Virus record (IMG/VR): IMGVR_UViG_641736227_000002
Source: a virus
Taxonomy: Duplodnaviria; Caudoviricetes
DNA: 64,000 nucleotides
Strand: one strand, 5' to 3'
Shown piece by piece: positions 35,276 through 43,703 of this stretch. The notes beneath the pieces were generated by a model. It saw only the letters and a program-made list of their open reading frames with translations, had not been told where the DNA came from and ran no database searches. A program made the position numbers and the translations under genes. The stretch's first letter is position 1. Each line of letters opens with the position of its first letter.

Positions 35276-35863
35276 TTATTTACCTCCGTTTGCAGCTTCA
35301 GTTTTTGCTACTGGAACATATACAGACTTGTACCAATCGTTATAGGTTGCATCAGTAGTGGTATCCCCAGTTCTTGATTTTACAAGACCATCTTCTCTAG
35401 GATCTGCCGTAAGAGATAATGTTTCTGTTCCTGGTTCAATCGTATCCTCTTTTGTTTCTGACTCGATAGAAGGACGAGATGCAGAGCAATTATATAAAAC
35501 GTGACGGATGCACTTCACATCTCCGTCAAATTCAAATAGCAGTGCAAATTTCTCTGTTTCTGCAATATTAGAGTTCTCAACAAGAACACCATTCTTATCA
35601 AGTTCTTCTTTCAAGATTTCCGTTCTGAACCATTCCGGGATAAGTGCAATTTCCAAATCACCGCTGTATCCGTTATTAGATACAGAACGGAAATATACAA
35701 TGCCATCCGCATAGAACGGAGAAGAATCACCCTCCGCATCCAAACTGATGCTTACAGCACCGGGGATTGCCTTTGGTGTTTCATACGAATAACTTCCATC
35801 TTCACCTTTTGTCAGCTTTGCGGCATGAACATTTTTTAGATTGTATTTTACTTTATTAGCCAT
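35276..35863 (-). CDS. Major tail protein (phi13 family)
   Basis: NKVKYNLKNVH, IPGAVSISLD, FYADG, NNGYSGDLE. Confidence 0.92.
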   Translation of the reverse strand: MANKVKYNLKNVHAAKLTKGEDGSYSYETPKAIPGAVSISLDAEGDSSPFYADGIVYFRSVSNNGYSGDLEIALIPEWFRTEILKEELDKNGVLVENSNIAETEKFALLFEFDGDVKCIRHVLYNCSASRPSIESETKEDTIEPGTETLSLTADPREDGLVKSRTGDTTTDATYNDWYKSVYVPVAKTEAANGGK

Positions 35864-35867
35864 AGCT

Positions 35868-36185
35868 TTATGCCTCCATTTCAAATGAATATAGGACTTC
35901 GTACATCTTTTCACTTTCTATCCACGTTTCTGTGTGGTCATAAAAAATGCCATACTTATCAAGCACGGATTCTACTTTACTTTCTACCGACAAGTCCTTG
36001 AAATCAGTATAAAGTTCAATATGAATTTCATTTATTTTTTGATACACTCTTCCATCAGCTGAAAAATTATCAGAGCCGGGAATGAGGTAACAAATAAACG
36101 GTGGATCCGGACTTTCGCCTTCTGCAAAGTGGTCATAGGCAAAAGGAATGTCCATCTCCTTAAGCATCTGTAATATTTTATTCAT
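35868..36185 (-). CDS. Tail completion protein
   Basis: PPFICY, ELYT, WIESEKMYEVLY. Confidence 0.8.
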   Translation of the reverse strand: MNKILQMLKEMDIPFAYDHFAEGESPDPPFICYLIPGSDNFSADGRVYQKINEIHIELYTDFKDLSVESKVESVLDKYGIFYDHTETWIESEKMYEVLYSFEMEA

Positions 36186-36565
36186 CAGTGACCTCCCAGT
36201 GCTTTCGCTATTTCAGACTCCAGTGTTTCCACGGCAGACTGTTCTGTCTGTGCGATATGGGGTCTTGCCGCAACTCTGCCTCCGCCACGTTTTGCATGAC
36301 CATGCTCCAGAAGATGAGCAAGCTGATATCTGTTCTTTGAATGAACTGTTACTTCCAAAGAATTTGATGTTTCCTTGGTTTTCTTCACACTCCATGACTT
36401 CGCATACTTTCCGGTATCAATGGGAGCAGATGCAGCAATTTCTTTTCTGACGGTATTGCCTGCCTTTCTGACTGCCTTTTTCACATCATCAGAAGCGAGG
36501 TCAGCATATTCTTTCAAGCCTTCCATAATCTCATTGGCAAGGTTATCAATCTTTGTATTTGCCAT
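36185..36565 (-). CDS. HK97 gp10-family protein
   Basis: APIDTGKYAKSW, HLLEHGH, ARPHI. Confidence 0.9.
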   Translation of the reverse strand: MANTKIDNLANEIMEGLKEYADLASDDVKKAVRKAGNTVRKEIAASAPIDTGKYAKSWSVKKTKETSNSLEVTVHSKNRYQLAHLLEHGHAKRGGGRVAARPHIAQTEQSAVETLESEIAKALGGH

Positions 36566-36900
36566 TACTTCTGCCTCTCTTTCTCGCACTTGAATTTCAG
36601 AGATTTCCTCTTAAAATTCATATGGTCAATTGATACGATGTTATAGACATTACTGTCAAAGATGATTCTGCATTTGGTGGAATCGACATCAGACAGCTTT
36701 TTGCAGTATCTGACCGTAAAGGAAATATCCGAATCATCTACAATAAGTCCTGCAACTGCTTTTTCTGAACCACCCTCACCGCTAACTGTAGCAAAGCAAG
36801 AATAAAAGTCAGTCCATACATTCTTGTGATTGCCGATGGAATCAGTAATGACTTCACTTTTCTGTATTGTGATTTTTACATTTAGAAGTGCTATATCCAT
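36565..36900 (-). CDS. Head closure (head-tail adaptor) protein
   Basis: DSIGN..W, FTVRY, YNIVSID. Confidence 0.85.
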   Translation of the reverse strand: MDIALLNVKITIQKSEVITDSIGNHKNVWTDFYSCFATVSGEGGSEKAVAGLIVDDSDISFTVRYCKKLSDVDSTKCRIIFDSNVYNIVSIDHMNFKRKSLKFKCEKERQK

Positions 36901-37184
36901 CAGAACACGCTCCTTCTTACACCCTCAAGCAGTGAGCGAAGGGAGATTGTAAGCTGATGGTGGTCTGCATCTTCTCGATGTTCATATAAATAAGCAACAG
37001 CATACATAACTGCAATCTTTGACGATGGTATCTCGGATAATTCTTCCACTGATAATCTGGCAATATCTGCACAGAGATTTTCACCTGTTACAATAAAATG
37101 TCCAATCAACTCATCATCGTCATCAAAGTCAACTCGAAGATATCCCTTCATCTCATCAATTCCTACAATCAATTCAATCACCAC
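36900..37184 (-). CDS. Head-tail connector (gp6-like)
   Basis: MKGYLRVDFDDDDELI, YLYEHRE; start codon uncertain. Confidence 0.88.
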   Translation of the reverse strand: MVIELIVGIDEMKGYLRVDFDDDDELIGHFIVTGENLCADIARLSVEELSEIPSSKIAVMYAVAYLYEHREDADHHQLTISLRSLLEGVRRSVF

Positions 37185-37243
37185 CTCTAATTACATCCAA
37201 GGCAGTACCGTTCTATAAACAGCACTGCCTTGATTTATTTACG

Positions 37244-38434
37244 TTACGCTCCTGCCTTAGAAGCAGCCTTTCCGGTTACTTTAAGAATCTGAACAGCCTC
37301 CGGAAGGATAAGCTTACCATCGACTCTTTCCTTTGCTACAAAACCAATCATGCCATTTCCGGCAAAAAGTTCTGTAAGCTGTTTGAAAGAACGAGTACCT
37401 CTGTCACCGATGTTGTAATATTGATAATCACCAAAAGCGATACCATCGACAGGGCAGAACGGAGATGTATAAACGGCATAGCCAAGAAGTCTGTCCGGCT
37501 CTCCCTGTGTAAGTGCAGGTTGCCACATAAATGCACCATTGTTGTCCTTAAGAGTACGAATGGATGCAACTGTCTGATCGTTCATTATGAAAGATGCATT
37601 TTTTCTATATGGGCGTTTCAACGAATACACGAGACTGATGATATCTTCCGCCTTGAGTGTTGTCGTACTTCCTGCTACAGTACCACCGCCCTTATCAGCG
37701 AAAAGTCCAAGCGGTTGACCGACACCACTACCATTAAGGAATGCATCTTCTTCGGCATTTGCAAGTGCCTTACCGAACTGAGTGATAATGTAATTTTCAA
37801 GACCGAATGCATTATCATATAACAACTCTTCTGTTACTTTGATGGCAACATGGAGTTTGTGAGCATCGAGCAAAATCTGATCAAATGTTGCCTCGCCAAA
37901 CTGCAATGCGCCGCCTTCTTCGATCCATGCAGCTGCAGGCTTTGTAGCTGCAATGTTGATCTTGTGTTCACCGGAAGTTGTAATCTTATGACCAAGTTTT
38001 CTCATAATGTTTTCTTCATCAAGTACATCAATCAATCTATTGTCATATTCTTCCGGTACTAAATATCCGCCGTCAGCATCTACGCCTTCCTGCAAAATAT
38101 TTGTAATCTGCTTGAAGTTGGAACGAAGTGCCTTAAGCATTCCTTCCTTATACTCATCAGATGCACGTCCTGTTCTTACATCTTTTGGTTTATCAGTTGC
38201 CGGCTTTGTAACGATTGGAGTATTGATAGGCTTACGCATCTCGTTTTCGAGCGCATCCATCTGCTCCATTCTTTCGATTTCAAGGCTGTAATCCTTGACC
38301 TTCTTTTCCATTTCGGCATAGGTCTTTGCATCTTCTTCAGAAAGCAATCCGTCTTTATCACGCTTGCTTTCTACAAATGCTTTAGCACCTTCCCATGCCT
38401 TGTTTCTTGCTTCTCTTAATTCCTGAATAGTCAT
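37244..38434 (-). CDS. Major capsid protein (HK97 family)
   Basis: DGGYLVPEE, AAWIEEG, AFGDY. Confidence 0.95.
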   Translation of the reverse strand: MTIQELREARNKAWEGAKAFVESKRDKDGLLSEEDAKTYAEMEKKVKDYSLEIERMEQMDALENEMRKPINTPIVTKPATDKPKDVRTGRASDEYKEGMLKALRSNFKQITNILQEGVDADGGYLVPEEYDNRLIDVLDEENIMRKLGHKITTSGEHKINIAATKPAAAWIEEGGALQFGEATFDQILLDAHKLHVAIKVTEELLYDNAFGLENYIITQFGKALANAEEDAFLNGSGVGQPLGLFADKGGGTVAGSTTTLKAEDIISLVYSLKRPYRKNASFIMNDQTVASIRTLKDNNGAFMWQPALTQGEPDRLLGYAVYTSPFCPVDGIAFGDYQYYNIGDRGTRSFKQLTELFAGNGMIGFVAKERVDGKLILPEAVQILKVTGKAASKAGA

Positions 38435-38441
38435 AGTATAA

Positions 38442-39173
38442 TTACCTCCAATTTTTCATTAAATTTAGGCGATCCATAAGTGAATCGGCTTTTGTTTTTG
38501 TTTCTTCTGCTTTTGGTTCAATCCTGCATTTCTTTGCAATCTTGCTCATAAGTGAGTTCGTAACTGCAACCTGCGAATAAACCATGTTGACCTGTGGAAT
38601 TTCGATTTCATCTGTCACACTTCTCTGTAAGATTTCATCTGCAAATCCCATCTCAACGGCACTGTTGGCATCCATCCAGGTTTCTGCATCCATAAGGTGA
38701 GAAATCTTGGCTCTGCTCATGCCGGTCTTAATTTCATAGGCATTGACAATTGACTCTTTTACTTCATCCAGCATTTCAATTGCCTTTTGCATTACCGCTG
38801 TATTTCCATAAATTCCTGCTGATGGATTATGGATCATCAGCATTGAAACAGGGGATACACAAACCTTTGTACCTGCCATAGCAATAACAGAGGCTGCACT
38901 TGCTGCAATGCCGTCAATCTTAACTATGACATTTCCTTTGTATTCCATCAGCATGTTGTAAATTTGTGCTGCCGCAATACAGTCACCGCCCGGAGAGTTG
39001 ATCCAAACCGTGATATCACCACTTCCTGCATTCAGTTCATCTCTGAATAGCTGAGGTGTCACATCATCATCAAACCAGCTTTCCTCTGCGATTGTCCCGT
39101 TGAGAAACAACGTCCTCTCCGTTGTCTGTTCCTTCTGATTCGTCTGGTTCTTCCACTTCCAGAACTTCTTCAT
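38442..39173 (-). CDS. ClpP-type head maturation protease
   Basis: INSPGGD, AASAASVI, MIHNP, ETWM. Confidence 0.93.
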   Translation of the reverse strand: MKKFWKWKNQTNQKEQTTERTLFLNGTIAEESWFDDDVTPQLFRDELNAGSGDITVWINSPGGDCIAAAQIYNMLMEYKGNVIVKIDGIAASAASVIAMAGTKVCVSPVSMLMIHNPSAGIYGNTAVMQKAIEMLDEVKESIVNAYEIKTGMSRAKISHLMDAETWMDANSAVEMGFADEILQRSVTDEIEIPQVNMVYSQVAVTNSLMSKIAKKCRIEPKAEETKTKADSLMDRLNLMKNWR

Positions 39174-40416
39174 CTGATTGCTCCTTTCCGCCTTTTGCAA
39201 AGATTCCCGCATCGGCAAGTTTTGTCATGTTTCCATTGATGAGGTATAAATTTCCACCCTCCTCGACCGGAATCAAGTCGAGGTTTTCAAGTTCACGGAT
39301 ATCATTTGCTGACATCCAGCCATTCTGTCTTGCAGTGGCATATCCGCTCATACGGCTCTGATAATCACCACGAAGAAGTCCGTCCACATTGAACTTGACA
39401 AAGTATGTGGATTTTTCATTTGGTGAGAGAAGTGCTCGGTTGATGCTCTGCTCCCATCTCATCAGCCACGGCTCAAGCGTGTATTTCACAAACTCCAGTG
39501 ACTGCTGCTCAATATTAGAAAAGCTCGACTTTTCAAGGTCACCTACCATATGGGGAGGAATCCTAAAAATTCGAGCTATCTCATCAATCTGAAATTTTCT
39601 TGTTTCTAAAAACTGTGCTTCATTTGGAGAAATGGAAATCGGAGTATATTTCATTCCTTCCTCCAAGATGGCAACCTTGTGAGAATTTCTTCCGCTGAAC
39701 CCCTTATTCCAACTTTCCCTTACTCTGTCCGGGTCTTTTACTGTTCCAGGATACTCTAAGATTCCTCCGGGTGTTGCACCATTAGCAAAGAACTTAGCAC
39801 CATATTCTTCTGTGGCAATGGAAAGTCCAATCGCATTCTTAGCCATTGCAATTGGTGAATATCCAACAAGACCATCAAATCCAAGACCGGGAATATGAAG
39901 TACATCTTCCTTTTTAAGATTAACCGTTCCTTCTTTCATAGTCGGCGCATCTGAATCGGATACTAGGTACTGATAATAAATCTGACCTTTATCATCTCGA
40001 TCCACCGTCATTCTATTTGGCATGAGCGGATATAAACCGATAACTTCACCTTTGCCGTTACGAATAATTTGTGAGTAGGCATTTCCATAAAGGAGAAGAT
40101 GTGTCATCATCGTTTCTCTGAATACAAATGATGTCATCTCCGGATTTGGCTCATCATGAAGTAAAAAATACAACGGATGTTTGATTGCCTTTTCCTTACT
40201 ACCTGTTTCTGTGTAGTGATAAAGGTGTAACGGAAGTCCTGCGATTGCCTCGGATAAAATTCTCACGCAGGCATATACTGCTGTCATCTGCATTGCAGAT
40301 TGTTCGGTCACACGATTGCCGGAGGTTGTTCCACCGAATAAGAATCGATAATTGCTGCCATTTGTACTGTCCTTCGGCTTATCCCTTGAATGAAATAATC
40401 CGCTTAAAATACCCAT
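39070..40416 (-). CDS. Portal protein (HK97 family)
   Basis: EPNPEMT, LLYGNAY, IARIFRIPPH, FSNIEQQ. Confidence 0.95.
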   Translation of the reverse strand: MGILSGLFHSRDKPKDSTNGSNYRFLFGGTTSGNRVTEQSAMQMTAVYACVRILSEAIAGLPLHLYHYTETGSKEKAIKHPLYFLLHDEPNPEMTSFVFRETMMTHLLLYGNAYSQIIRNGKGEVIGLYPLMPNRMTVDRDDKGQIYYQYLVSDSDAPTMKEGTVNLKKEDVLHIPGLGFDGLVGYSPIAMAKNAIGLSIATEEYGAKFFANGATPGGILEYPGTVKDPDRVRESWNKGFSGRNSHKVAILEEGMKYTPISISPNEAQFLETRKFQIDEIARIFRIPPHMVGDLEKSSFSNIEQQSLEFVKYTLEPWLMRWEQSINRALLSPNEKSTYFVKFNVDGLLRGDYQSRMSGYATARQNGWMSANDIRELENLDLIPVEEGGNLYLINGNMTKLADAGIFAKGGKEQSDEEVLEVEEPDESEGTDNGEDVVSQRDNRRGKLV

Positions 40417-40434
40417 ATCTGCTCACGCTCCTTC

Positions 40435-42036
40435 TTAAATAAAAAGAATGCCTCGGTTATCGTATACAGATTCCGTATTGACATTCCCATTTCTGATTGC
40501 TCTATCCAGTGCCATAATCGTTGCAATAGCACCGTCTATCTTTTCTGTTGATTTTTCTTTATCTGCCTTGATGTTTCCGGCAGGGTCTGTCCGTATAAAG
40601 ATGTTATCCATATTCCATCTAAGTACAGGATGTCCGCCATGTGCGATTTTTTCTTCAAGCACTAACTTCATCAGTTCTTTGGTCGGCGGACTCATATCTT
40701 TAAATCCCTGTCCGAACGGAACAACTGTAAATCCCATGCCTTCAAGGTTCTGTACCATTTGAACAGCACCCCAACGGTCAAAAGCAATCTCTCGGATATT
40801 AAATCGTTCACCTAACGATTCAATGAACTGCTCAATATACCCATAATGAACTACATTTCCCTCTGTAGTTTGCAGATAGCCTTTTCTCTCCCACAAATCA
40901 TACGGCACATGATCTCGTCTGACTCTTAGGTCAAGCGTATCTTCCGGCACCCAAAAGTAAGGCAAAATGATGTACTTATCTTCTTCATTCGTAGGCGGGA
41001 ATACCAATACAAATGCCGTGATATCGGTTGTAGATGATAGGTCAAGACCACCATAGCAGACACGACCTTCCAGTTCATCTTCATCAACCTTAAAATCACA
41101 AGCATCCCACTTTTCCATTGGCATCCATCGTACCGATTGTTTCACCCACTGATTCAATCTCAGCTGTCTAAAAGAGTTCTCCTCTCCCGGATTCTGCCTT
41201 GCTGAATCACATGCCGCCTGAACCTTATCAATTCCTACTGTAATGCCAAGTGATGGATTGGCTTTTTCCCAAACTTTTGGATCCGTCCAATCTTCCGATT
41301 CATCTGCTCCATATATGACAGAATAAAAGGTAGGGTCAATCTTTCGCCCTGCCTGTATATCCAGTGCCTTTTGATGAATTTCGTAACAGATAGAATTTGT
41401 ATCATTTCCAGCTGTAGTAATCAGAAAATACAGTGGCTGCATTCTGGCATCACCACTACCTTGTGTCATAACATCATACAGTTTTCTGTTTGGCTGCGTA
41501 TGAAGTTCATCAAAGATAACACCGTGTGTGTTAAATCCATGCTTATTGGCCACATCGGCAGAAAGCACTTGATAAGAACTATTGGTTGGCTTAAAAATAA
41601 TCTTTTTCTGTGATTCAAGGATTTTCACCCTCTTCATCAGTGCAGGGGAGAATTTAACCATATCAACCGCCACATCAAATACAATCTTTGCTTGGTTTCT
41701 GTCTGCTGCACATCCGTAAACCTCTGCTCTTTCTTCTCCGTCACCACAGAGAAGAAGCAGTGCTACGGCAGCTGCAAGCTCACTCTTACCTTGTTTCTTA
41801 GGTATTTCAATATAGGCTGTATTAAACTGACGATATCCGTTTGGCTTAAGTACCCCAAACAAATCTCTTATAATCTGCTCTTGCCAATCAATCAGTTCAA
41901 ACTTCTTTCCCGCCCATGTTCCTTTGGTATGACAAAGCTGTTCAATAAAGCTGACAGCATAATCTGCCATTGTTTCATCATAGTGGGAGATCTTTGCCAT
42001 GAACTCTGTCGGTTTGTAATTCTTTAGTTTTCGCAA
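40435..42036 (-). CDS. Terminase large subunit
   Basis: IPKKQGKS Walker A, FDELH, GLDLS, KIDG. Confidence 0.95.
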   Translation of the reverse strand: MRKLKNYKPTEFMAKISHYDETMADYAVSFIEQLCHTKGTWAGKKFELIDWQEQIIRDLFGVLKPNGYRQFNTAYIEIPKKQGKSELAAAVALLLLCGDGEERAEVYGCAADRNQAKIVFDVAVDMVKFSPALMKRVKILESQKKIIFKPTNSSYQVLSADVANKHGFNTHGVIFDELHTQPNRKLYDVMTQGSGDARMQPLYFLITTAGNDTNSICYEIHQKALDIQAGRKIDPTFYSVIYGADESEDWTDPKVWEKANPSLGITVGIDKVQAACDSARQNPGEENSFRQLRLNQWVKQSVRWMPMEKWDACDFKVDEDELEGRVCYGGLDLSSTTDITAFVLVFPPTNEEDKYIILPYFWVPEDTLDLRVRRDHVPYDLWERKGYLQTTEGNVVHYGYIEQFIESLGERFNIREIAFDRWGAVQMVQNLEGMGFTVVPFGQGFKDMSPPTKELMKLVLEEKIAHGGHPVLRWNMDNIFIRTDPAGNIKADKEKSTEKIDGAIATIMALDRAIRNGNVNTESVYDNRGILFI

Positions 42037-42152
42037 TCACACCACCTCCGTAAATAAAAATAGCCACCATCATTGGTGACAACAATAAATATTCCTATAC
42101 GAGATACAGAAGCCTTTCAGCTTCCGTTCCCGATAACATTTCGTTATTCACT

Positions 42153-42395
42153 TTAATTAAAATCGTTCAGCAAAATGCAAAGGGCAAGTTCTGCTTCTTC
42201 GCAGGTCGGCTTGATATCCCATCCTCTGTCGTAGTTGGCAATCCACACGCCATCCATCTTAAGGCTGAGTTTTGAAATCTTGCCACCGTTGATGCCGTAG
42301 TCTTCGCTAGGCTCTTCAAAATGTTTCACCCAGTATTTGACGCTCTTGTATCCGCCGTCCTTCTTAGGAATTCCGATTGTTCCTTCTTTCCACAT
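42153..42395 (-). CDS. Hypothetical moron protein
   Basis: Own RBS and promoter motif II; YGINGGKISKL, NYDRGWD. Confidence 0.8.
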   Translation of the reverse strand: MWKEGTIGIPKKDGGYKSVKYWVKHFEEPSEDYGINGGKISKLSLKMDGVWIANYDRGWDIKPTCEEAELALCILLNDFN

Positions 42396-42436
42396 ATTCG
42401 TGTACCTCCTTGCTTTCTTTCCTTTTGGTAGTACTA

Positions 42437-42470
42437 TATATCACTCTAAAAGCACATAATAGCAAGTCAA
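42437..42470 (-). promoter_or_regulatory. Motif II copy 2
   Basis: TATATCACTCTAAA-N12-CAAGTCAA on the + strand. Confidence 0.75.
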
Positions 42471-42516
42471 TTACTGGCATATATGTAACAATTATTTCAG
42501 AAAAAATCTGTGTATT

Positions 42517-42693
42517 TTAGTCATCACCGTAAAGGATAAAATGGACATAATCCGCACGATTATCTTCCAGAAATACCACAAGTTCATAGAAACCATATTC
42601 ATTCGCAAGTCTCTGCACCATAGGAACATCAAACATATTGGTAAGGCCGGTGGATCTGATATATAAAATCTGTTCTTTTATCTTCTTATCCAT
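42517..42693 (-). CDS. DUF5049-like protein
   Basis: IKEQILYIRSTGLTNMFDV..YVHFILYG. Confidence 0.75.
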   Translation of the reverse strand: MDKKIKEQILYIRSTGLTNMFDVPMVQRLANEYGFYELVVFLEDNRADYVHFILYGDD

Positions 42694-42697
42694 AGGC

Positions 42698-42922
42698 TTA
42701 TTCCTCAATCCTTCTGCATCTGTCTTCTCCATAAACCACATTCAAGCCGGAACCGTTATCCCAAGCGACCATAATGCTTGCTGTATCATCAACACCAATA
42801 ACTGTTCCTTTTGTTCCAATCGGTGGTGCCTGCACATCATCCATATGGGTAAGTTCTACTCGGCAACCGACCGGATATTCTTGAAGTACCTTTGCCACAA
42901 TCTCTTTACTCGGAAATCTCAT
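42698..42922 (-). CDS. DUF4314-like protein
   Basis: YPVGCRVEL..PPIGTKGTV.GVDD..WDNGSGL. Confidence 0.8.
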   Translation of the reverse strand: MRFPSKEIVAKVLQEYPVGCRVELTHMDDVQAPPIGTKGTVIGVDDTASIMVAWDNGSGLNVVYGEDRCRRIEE

Positions 42923-43604
42923 CGCCTGCTGCCTCCTTCTTTGCACCATTTTTAAATGCGGATGAGCCTTCAAGGTTCTGCAACAGAATCTTTCTATCCA
43001 ACTTGTACTCCGCTCCAATAAATCCAAGTCTTAAAAGGAAACATCTGAATGCGTATTTTTCATTATCGGCTTTCTTTTCCGTGGCATTGATTCTCTTCTG
43101 TTCCTTGCTCATTTTACAAAGTGCAGAAATGAAATCGGTGTAGGCTTTTGCAGTATCGCAGTCTGGCAGAGTTTCAAACCAAGGAAATGAAATTGTTTCT
43201 TCTGTAATTTCGATAGGAGTATCTTTGATGCCAAGTGCCTTTTTAATGAGATCACCTTTTGCATCCAGAAGGTTTGTAAGGTTACCGACTCCAACATGCT
43301 CAATTGGAATCGCCACCGTAAGCCCCACATCTTCGCCCTGTGGCGTTTCTTCCTGCTCTTCAGATACTTCATTATCCTCTGCGGCAAAGCCTCTGTCGGC
43401 AAGTTTCTGCAAAAGATCTTTGATATCCTTTGGAAAAACGTTCTCGTCAAACTCTAATGCTCCGGTCTTATCAACGATAAGACCTCCAAAGTCATATGCC
43501 GCAGTTGGCATTCCCATGTACTTTGCCTTTGTTCCAAGAATTTCAGAAATGGTTGTAACTAGCACTTTCCTTTCTGCACCTGTTCTGTTAAATTCTACTC
43601 TCAT
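42906..43604 (-). CDS. Conserved phage hypothetical protein (often labelled 'virulence protein')
   Basis: YMGMPTAAY, NEKYAFRCFLLRLGFIG..RKILLQNLEGSSAF. Confidence 0.8.
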   Translation of the reverse strand: MRVEFNRTGAERKVLVTTISEILGTKAKYMGMPTAAYDFGGLIVDKTGALEFDENVFPKDIKDLLQKLADRGFAAEDNEVSEEQEETPQGEDVGLTVAIPIEHVGVGNLTNLLDAKGDLIKKALGIKDTPIEITEETISFPWFETLPDCDTAKAYTDFISALCKMSKEQKRINATEKKADNEKYAFRCFLLRLGFIGAEYKLDRKILLQNLEGSSAFKNGAKKEAAGDEISE

Positions 43605-43639
43605 GCTGAGTACCTCCTTTATTTTTCGGTACTGTATTA

Positions 43640-43667
43640 ATCACTCTAAACCACATATATATCAAGC
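43640..43667 (-). promoter_or_regulatory. Motif II copy 3
   Basis: ATCACTCTAAA-N12-CAAG on the + strand. Confidence 0.7.
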
Positions 43668-43703
43668 GATATCTGTGAATATCGAAGTAGAATATTGACC
43701 GAT

